From: Octopus bimaculoides | Lineage: Eukaryota | DNA length: 60,003 bases | Assembly (NCBI RefSeq): GCF_001194135.2 | Contig: NC_068993.1 | Coordinates: 22,882,723-22,942,725 of the forward strand | Direction: 5' to 3' | Shown: positions 51,691 to 60,003 of the stretch, in pieces | How the letters are laid out: the number at the start of each line of letters is the position of its first letter | How positions within the stretch are numbered: the first letter of the stretch is position 1 | Made by a program: the position numbers and the translations under genes | Notes under the pieces: generated by a model | Told to the model about the DNA's origin: nothing | Databases searched by the model: none | What the model saw: the letters and a program-made list of their open reading frames with translations, nothing else

Positions 51691-52452
51691 TTTTCTTCGC
51701 AAATAGCATTTTTATAATGTTTGTGTCTGAATGATCGCTTGAAATTACGCAGCGAGCTATGCCGGATTATCCGACCAACTTATTTCCAGGTGCATGAAAA
51801 TAATAGCGGCTCAAGTTGAAACCATGTGTTTACATGATATTTATCTCTCGCTGTAAGGAGTAGTTTTCTAATTTGATCCCACCAAAGCTTGTTCGGTAGA
51901 TTTTATATACATACATGCATACGTAAATACATACATACATACATACATACATACAGACAGACAAACAAACTTGCATTTATATATATATACAAATAGAGAG
52001 AGTGAGATAGAGTGACACATTGATATACTGGCATATGTGTGTGTGTTTTTGTGTGTGTGTACGTATGTATGTATGTTAATATGTATGTAAGGTAAGTCTA
52101 TAGATGGGATTTGTGACACTGAACATAGACATTCATAATTAAAGCAGGACTCGATGTACAAGCACTTGGAAATAAATCATTCATCTTTCACGCATAGTCC
52201 GCCAAGTGGTTTCAACTTTAGAATTCTTTAAGTTAACTATGCGACGTAATGTAACGAAGATGTCTTTATTTATGCTTTTGTGTGCTTGTGTACATGTGAG
52301 TGTAGATATGTGTATCTATATGTATGTGCTTGCAGATGGTATTGTAGATAGTGTTCAATATCATTTCAGCTTTGACTATTGTGCAGACCTATTGGCTGAC
52401 TACATTGTGTAATGAATAATTATATTCCTGAGATTATAAGTTCTGATTTCAG

Positions 52453-52512
52453 GAGATTTGTCTCCAGGCCATGCGAAGTATGAGGACTCACGGAAAGATT
52501 TATATTTAGAGG
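52453..52512 (+). CDS. Possible 60-nt phase 1-1 internal exon (GDLSPGHAKYEDSRKDLYLE), product unknown
   Basis: ttctgatttcag| acceptor, open frame, |gtaaagt donor; not obviously repeat-derived. Confidence 0.2.
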
Positions 52513-53398
52513 GTAAAGTAACCGTTTGTCGATTCAGGAAACCAGTTAATAATATCTAGAGTCTTCCACTACTTGTTTTATATTGTTGACACCTTTACAA
52601 AAGTGAAGAACGTTTCATTATCTTATTTCTGTACCACATATATCTTGTACATGGTTACGTATGGCAGAGGTTTTGAAGAGGAGAATACGCATTCGTCAGT
52701 CCATTTAAAACGAAATTGTATGGTTTACAGCACAGCAAAAAGAAATACGAAAATAATATTTTCTTGTACGTTTCTTTGAAAAATTCTTTTCTTCAAAAGT
52801 TATATCAAAGCAAATTAAATCTTTTTAGACTAGAATCTGTATAATTATCAAAAACTTCGAATCTCTTTGGCGCTGTCGCTTTTGACAGTACATATAATCG
52901 ACGCTTATCGTGTTTTATGTATTGCCATTGATTATATTAATTGCTGCATGCTTCCAGTTATATAGACAAATACTAATGGTGATATACGATCCTTTATTAT
53001 ACTCTTATTATTCAGGAATATCATTTACCTACCTGAATGGCTATTAAGAGATAATGTTGTGGTAGCAATTTTGTTTAAATGAACATTTGATATATGGGCA
53101 AATGTATCATACAAGTTGTTTCTTGAAGTGAATGAACTTCTGTTTGAGCTCCCATGGGCTATAGAATTCATCGTTGTCAATCTATATTATATTTCCAACG
53201 TATTGGCTCCAATATAAAGGTCTGCAGCAACACGTTTACACCTACAGTTTCTTATTTTCTCCTTTTTCTCTGTATGCGATTATTGACGCCAGAAGAGAAA
53301 TATGTTTAGTCAATTACTATCAATATCTATCGTATTAAGATTTCCAAACAATACTGTAACATTGTCTAATTATACACAGATAGAGGGTTAACACAAAT

Positions 53399-53441
<43 letters not shown>

Positions 53442-55484
53442 NNNNNNNNNNNNNNNNNNNNNNNNNNNNNNNNNNNNNNNNNNNNNNNNNNNNNNNNNNN
53501 NNNNNNNNNNNNNNNNNNNNNNNNNNNNNNNNNNNNNNNNNNNNNNNNNNNNNNNNNNNNNNNNNNNNNNNNNNNNNNNNNNNNNNNNNNNNNNNNNNNN
53601 NNNNNNNNNNNNNNNNNNNNNNNNNNNNNNNNNNNNNNNNNNNNNNNNNNNNNNNNNNNNNNNNNNNNNNNNNNNNNNNNNNNNNNNNNNNNNNNNNNNN
53701 NNNNNNNNNNNNNNNNNNNNNNNNNNNNNNNNNNNNNNNNNNNNNNNNNNNNNNNNNNNNNNNNNNNNNNNNNNNNNNNNNNNNTATATACATATATATA
53801 TATACATTTTGCATATATAATGTATAATCATGTAATTTATATACATAAACATATGTATGTACATATATATATATGTATAGATTGTTGATATGTAAGCATA
53901 TATATGCATTCACACACAAAACACACACATACATAGCACACATATATGCATACGCGCACACACACAAACATATATATATACACCCACATATTCCAGCACC
54001 TAATTTATTATTTGTGTGAGAAATATGAAGATATACTCATACATATTGTATAAAATAGTAACAATAATTGTTAGTTATTAGGCAATAACTACTTTAATAT
54101 GTTCCATGTTGATGAATAAATAAGCAGCACAAGTTTTTATAACGTTCAAAATCTGTCTTATTCATGAACGGCAAATCAGTATCGACCTCAGTTGTAAAGC
54201 GAAAACATAACACACTCAGTTTTCATGAGAGAATAACAGGAAACTCAAAATCTTAGATGAATGTAGAAGCGTAGAAAATCATATGCCATATTTTCATTGG
54301 CTAATGGTAATTTAGTAGGAGTTCTACTTTAAATGGTTGGGTCAAATTTTTCTGAGGTCAAACTGTTTCTTCTATCACTTACGGAGTCGAAACAATAAAT
54401 ATACATAAAAAAAGTGGATTCCATCAAGTTAACTGTAAAACTTTGCTAGAATGTGAAAAATGTTTCAATGTCGGAAGTCATGATAATGTTTTTTTCTTTT
54501 TTTTTTTCCATAAAAAGGGATTTCCATATTCGAAATCATTAATTCATCGAATTTCTAACGTAAAATTCAGCACAATAACTCATAAAGTTTAATCTGTACC
54601 ACCGAACGTATTCTTTTCTTGTCTTAATAGCGTTTTAGCATGGATATGCTATATGTGAGTGATGTTGACACACAATTTTAATGAAGTATTCTCGACATCA
54701 CTGGAACAAGCTTTACGTCAGTTTATAAGTGGGTGAAAATTTGATATTCTCGACTAATCTAGTCCAAACTGTCTTATAACAAAGCAAAAGAAGTACAGAC
54801 ATTAGCCCTTCGTTTATGCTCATTATTGATCAAATTTTACATTATTCTATAACTTTTGTAAAGGAAATAATTTATAGGTGAATATATATCTATAATTCAA
54901 TGATGTGCACCAGCACCATGCATTTAAGAATAATTTTGTTTAAGGATAAAGTGTTTCGCAACGGTAACCAATGATGCGCTCATGATGCGAACAAGAATAT
55001 TTGTCCCACCATTCTAATAATAGCGACATGCATACATAAAACACACAGACACACGTACACATATAAATATACATTCAGAATTAAATTAAACACTACTGTT
55101 CCTAGACACATTTTCCCTGCTACAGCTTCGGTTCCGTATTTTTTACTATACGTCTACACGAGATACTTTCTCGTGATGAATACCATAGTTACCAGTTTCA
55201 ATAATATATTATGGAAAGTATGATTTACGCAGTGCTATGTCAAAACAAAACAAAATAATTTTGTTATTTTGAACAAAAAGAAATAGTAGAAAAATATACG
55301 ATTAAAAAAATCACATTTCTAGGGAATATTCTATATATATAAATACACTATAAGTTCTGATCATGAAAGCCCACAAACATATAAATTACATCTAGAGTTT
55401 ATAATTCAGCTACTCCGATATTTGTATTTGTTTAGCGGAATCGACTTTTACGAATTAAAATTCTTAAGGTCTGTGATTTTGATG

Positions 55485-55669
55485 TACAAGAACTCGAGAC
55501 TGTTTTAGCTGAAGAATGGACAAAAATTCCTTTGGAAACAATTCAAACTTTGTACGAGTCCATAACTCGCAGAATTCAAGCTGTAATTACTGTCCAATGT
55601 GGTCCTACTCATATTAAACTAAATGTGTTTGACATTTTCAGGTGTTTCCATTATTTTGTCCAACCCCTG
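55485..55669 (+). mobile_element. Tc1 transposon 3' end with TIR
   Basis: ELETVLAEEWTKIPLETIQTLYESITRRIQAVI; TIR ...ttttgtccaacccctg followed by TA. Confidence 0.85.
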
Positions 55670-55945
55670 TATATATGTGTATATATATATANNNNNNNNN
55701 NNNNNNNNNNNNNNNNNNNNNNNNNNNNNNNNNNNNNNNNNNNNNNNNNATACGTATATATACATACACATGTATAATACACACACACGCCCGCACGCAC
55801 ACACACGCATACACACGCCCGCACGCACACACGCGCTTGCACACACACACACGCATGCACACACACATAGACATATTAAACAAACAAATTAACTAGTTAA
55901 AAAATCTCCAAAGGAAATGAAATTAGGACCTATACTCACAAGTAA

Positions 55946-56591
55946 TGTTTGCCACCACTTCAATATGGCTGTTCCGTACAGAACGACGTTACTACTATTT
56001 TTAAGCCCAAGATGACGCCTCCTCTAGCTGGTTACCGATGCAATATTCACCCATTATGTTATGCAAACAGGAGTGCGAACCCCTACAATCTTCGAGCAAC
56101 TTTACAGAACCACCGGACCCAGGTGGTTTCAGGTTATTTTTCCCATCCTCAGTCGTGGACACCTGTCCGCTTCAGATAATTGTAGTTTGATTCAGCTCGC
56201 AATATATAGAAAGATAAGTGTCCATCATTTATTGAATACACAAGCTGAAGGGGTGATAGACATTACATTGATCACTTATAGAGATTTCCTCATTAGCCAC
56301 TTTACTTGTTGCAAGATCAATGACTAATGGTCGCTTATTATTCTGTACATTGCGAGTTGGAGCGATCTACTGCTATCTTTAGCGGAGAAGTGTCCACCAT
56401 TGAGAACAAAAATAGCCTGAAACCAGACTGGTCTGGTAGTCCCGACAAGTTGCTAGAAGATGTTCGCTCCCCTTCTTGCAATATATATCGGGTGCAGACT
56501 GCATCGGTAACCAGCTAGAGTGGGCGTCCTTTTGGGGTTAAAGAGTAACGTCGGTTCATACGTAGCAGCCATGTTGAAGTGGCATCAAACA
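55946..56591. mobile_element. Non-autonomous DNA element with about 95-bp imperfect terminal inverted repeats
   Basis: tgtttg.ccacttcaatatggctg...ctctagctggttaccgatgca is mirrored by tgcatcggtaaccagctagag...cagccatgttgaagtggcatcaaaca. Confidence 0.8.
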
Positions 56592-56869
56592 CAGACAGAC
56601 GCGCACACAAACATACATGGATATGAACGAAAGAAAGTAGCTAAATTTTAAAAACTTTACACTGGCGAGAGATAAAAAGTACTATTATATTACTTGTTGC
56701 AGTTAAATATATTCTTCACCTTTTCCTTTACATATATATGTAAACACACACACACACGCACACAAACACACAAGCAGAGACACGCACGCACACACGCACG
56801 CACACACGCACGCACACACACGCATACGCTTACACGCACGCGCACACCCACACACATGTGTAATCATTT

Positions 56870-57800
56870 AACGTCCATTTTTCATGTTCGCATGGGTTGG
56901 ACGGATTGACAGCAGGTGGCGATCCAGAATACTATGTAAATACTACTGTCTGTTTTGGAATAGTTCCTACGGCTGCGTGTCCTTCCTTACAAAAGGTCCT
57001 GGGTGATTTTTGCGTGTTACTAGGACCAGTGTGGTGACCAGGTCATTGCATGGCAAAGACCCTCAAAAGAAGGTGCGGACGTGGTCTAGTATTGTGGAAG
57101 TTGACTATGTGCCAAGTAATGGAATTTTAATGCATGAATTGAGGGATAGAACAGGTGTCTTCCAGTAGAGGAAATACGAGGCTACCTGACTTGGAAAAGG
57201 AGGGAAGAGATAGGAGAGTGAAAGAGGGAGTGAGAAAATACGTTGGAGTGCACTATCTAGTTAGAGTGAGGGATATATAAGTGAAATGGTACAGTGAGTT
57301 AGACAGTGGGCAGAAAAATTAGTGGAAGTGCGAAAGAAAAGTGCGTTACCATGTACCGTTGCTGTTCATTCACAAGCATCAGTCCAAGAGAGAGAGAGAG
57401 AGAGGCGCTTTCTTAAAGGTAATACTTCTCTGCACATGTACCAGGCAGTTCTGATTCTAGCAACTATGTTTTTAGAGCATACCACTCCATTATCAATTAA
57501 GTCAACTAAGGAAGGGAAAATGTGTACTTCTCCTAAGATTCCGCTTGAGAATTTGCGGAAATCTGTTTCATGTGTGATCTTAGTGTTTATTGTTCTTGCA
57601 AATGTGTAGATCACATATACTACTTTCACTGTTAACATTCCTCTGACTCCACTTCTTAGGTGCATATAGCCTGCACTGGGTACATCGTATAGAATTTGTA
57701 CATACACCTTTTCTACATATCGAGTAGGACTATTTTGCAGAACAGATGAGTAATTTCTTTGCTGCCCAGCGTACTAGAACATTGGTTTTAGTTAACATTA
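56870..57800 (-). mobile_element. RTE-clade LINE 3' end (RT C-terminus plus UTR)
   Basis: LVDLIDNGVVCSKNIVARIRTAW..REVLPL; UTR remnants aggaagg..cagccgtagg and ccaacccatgc..gacgttaaa. Confidence 0.7.
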
Positions 57801-57933
57801 AGGGCCTTTGAGTTCGACCTTACCTCCACTCCTGAAATGTCACTTGTTTTCTACTGAAATTGTACTACGTTTGTGTGAATGCATGTGTGCGTGCGTACGC
57901 GTGTTTATGTGTATGTTTGTGTCTGTGTATGTA

Positions 57934-57970
<37 letters not shown>

Positions 57971-59134
57971 TAACAGATATACGAAAATCTACTTGAGTAA
58001 GAGAGATCGGAAACGAGCGACATTTTTAGTGCCTAGGATACCGTTCTATGTTTTATTCAATCTAAATGTTAATTTTACTATTTAAACATCAAGCCAATGA
58101 CCACCATATTGCACGCAAGTCTTGTGATAAAATTTGATGTGCTGTGACTTTTCTTTTTCATAAATCATAGATTTATAGGCTTTGTAAACAGCGCAGAAAC
58201 CTTTTAGAGTAGTGGTCAATATGTTACTTTTGCCTGCTGCAATGAAACACTCACTTCCTTACTTTCCAGTAGTCGTGAGGGATAGTGTTTAAACAGTGGG
58301 GCAATCGAGATACCCGAATCGTCTGTGCAGCTATACTATACATTTAAGTTCTGAAAGTTTTTGCATGTCATGTCTTGCTATTTTGGTGTACGTCTTCATC
58401 ATTATGAAGGCTCATATCAGAGAGACACTATAATTATAGAAAATTGGAAAAGGAAGCACAAGCGAGTCAACAGTTACGGCTCCCACACTCACCTGTCTAA
58501 TAATCATATACATACTTTGACACTGATATACACAAACATATACACGTGCTGGAAGTTTAATTTCTCTGACGTGACCTAGTCTAGGCAGTTGTCAGTGATA
58601 TGAAAATGATTATCATTTTGAATATGCAAAAGCCGTCGATTTATGAAGCAGATGAATTTCAGTTTCCCGTGGATTAAAACGGCAAAATCAGTTTATTTTT
58701 TTGTACTTTAAATTTTGCAACGGGTTTGAAGAGTGAAGGCAGCATTTAAAATACAGTAGACGGACATCTATCTGCATTGACTATTCAACAACGGTCTATA
58801 TTATTTGAGAACTGCTTATAATGGTCCAGTGAAAACTATGAAAGCATATCACATCTGACAGGAAAATCTGTTACAGATGATTCAACATAGAAAAGTGTGG
58901 AAGGTAACTGCAGCTAAGCTAATGTGTAAAGAAAAAAATATGTTATGATACATTTCTACTTACATACACAATATATCCTGCACATGCAACAGCTTACTTG
59001 CATTTATTCTGTTGCTTCATATCTGTATTACCACGAGAAAACGAGGGATAATTCCAGAGTAGTGCAGCTCAGCAAAATAGATTGTACATACATCTACAAT
59101 TGCAAAAGTCTGGCTATAAAAAGGATATTTGCTA

Positions 59135-59137
<3 letters not shown>

Positions 59138-59200
<63 letters not shown>
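59138..59200. repeat. (TA)n microsatellite
   Basis: Direct reading. Confidence 0.95.
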
Positions 59201-59203
<3 letters not shown>

Positions 59204-59948
59204 GACACACACACACACATATTGCCTTTTCCCACGCATCTCAATAAAGTTTACAGCCATTCGTTTTTTGCTGTTATTATATTGAAAATTTAGAAGTTTT
59301 TCCGTTGTTATCAAGAGATTTATGTGTTAACATTTGTCAGACACTCTTCTATATTTTACTTTTCTATGCTGAGAAATATGGGCCGCTTATGATACTGTGA
59401 TAAATATATTGCAACTTTCAGTAACGTTTCTCTTTTTTATTTTCGTACAATTCATGATTCATTCATACTAGACATATAAAACTTCCATCAATTTGACTGT
59501 GCGATATGTGTGTATAACGCGTATCTAGTGGGTACTTGAAGGAAAACAAGCGTTAACAAGGTACGTAACATATACACAGAGAAACACACATACACATATA
59601 TAATATGTATACATATAAGCGTGTGTGTATTTGTGTTAGTGTTTTATTCACGTAACCACTAGAAATACATTACACACACACATCTCTAATAGTGAAAGTG
59701 CTGGAAGTTATATATATCAAGAATGAATGAAACACAAAAATGTGTACGTGTACTTACAAACACACACACGCAAGCACACTCACATACACACACACATATA
59801 CATATATAGATGCATATATACATGTATGTATGCTTGCATATGTGTCTCTGTGTGTGTCTGTGTATGTACGCATGTCTGTATGTAAGCACAAGTACCACAC
59901 GTACACACACACATACACACACACCCACACACACACACAAATATATAT

Positions 59949-60003
<55 letters not shown>

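Noticed and set aside
54631-54654. 24-nt microexon candidate with good splice signals
   Set aside because: It gives a stop in the phase of the 52453 candidate, and short matches like this are expected by chance.
58486-58502. Minus-strand ttagacag|gtgagt acceptor/donor juxtaposition
   Set aside because: No polypyrimidine tract.

Overview
AT-rich, microsatellite-dense animal genomic DNA with about 12 N-gaps, most flanked by dinucleotide repeats. It is most likely an octopus short-read assembly (inferred from my recollection of octopus SINE families). No host gene can be called; only weak exon-like and splice-like motifs were seen. The window is a mosaic of decayed transposons: R4/Dong RLE retrotransposons in trinucleotide repeats, RTE and CR1 LINEs, Penelope-like elements (PLEs), tRNA-derived SINEs, mariner/Tc1, a Gypsy gag fragment, a probable Helitron remnant and a TIR element. 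The most notable signal is RNA-structural: six hammerhead-ribozyme-like motifs between about 12.85 and 15.16 kb. One is an intact type I hammerhead with a long extended stem I, inside a 351-bp non-coding unit present as about 1.3 tandem copies. The second copy appears to end at the predicted cleavage site, and part of the unit recurs at 43.5 kb, so it is a candidate cephalopod retrozyme/circRNA. A tRNA-headed SINE carrying a hammerhead tail is also present, and a related copy is co-inserted with a PLE under one 13-bp target-site duplication. All calls are by eye, decayed-element boundaries are approximate, and no database search was run.
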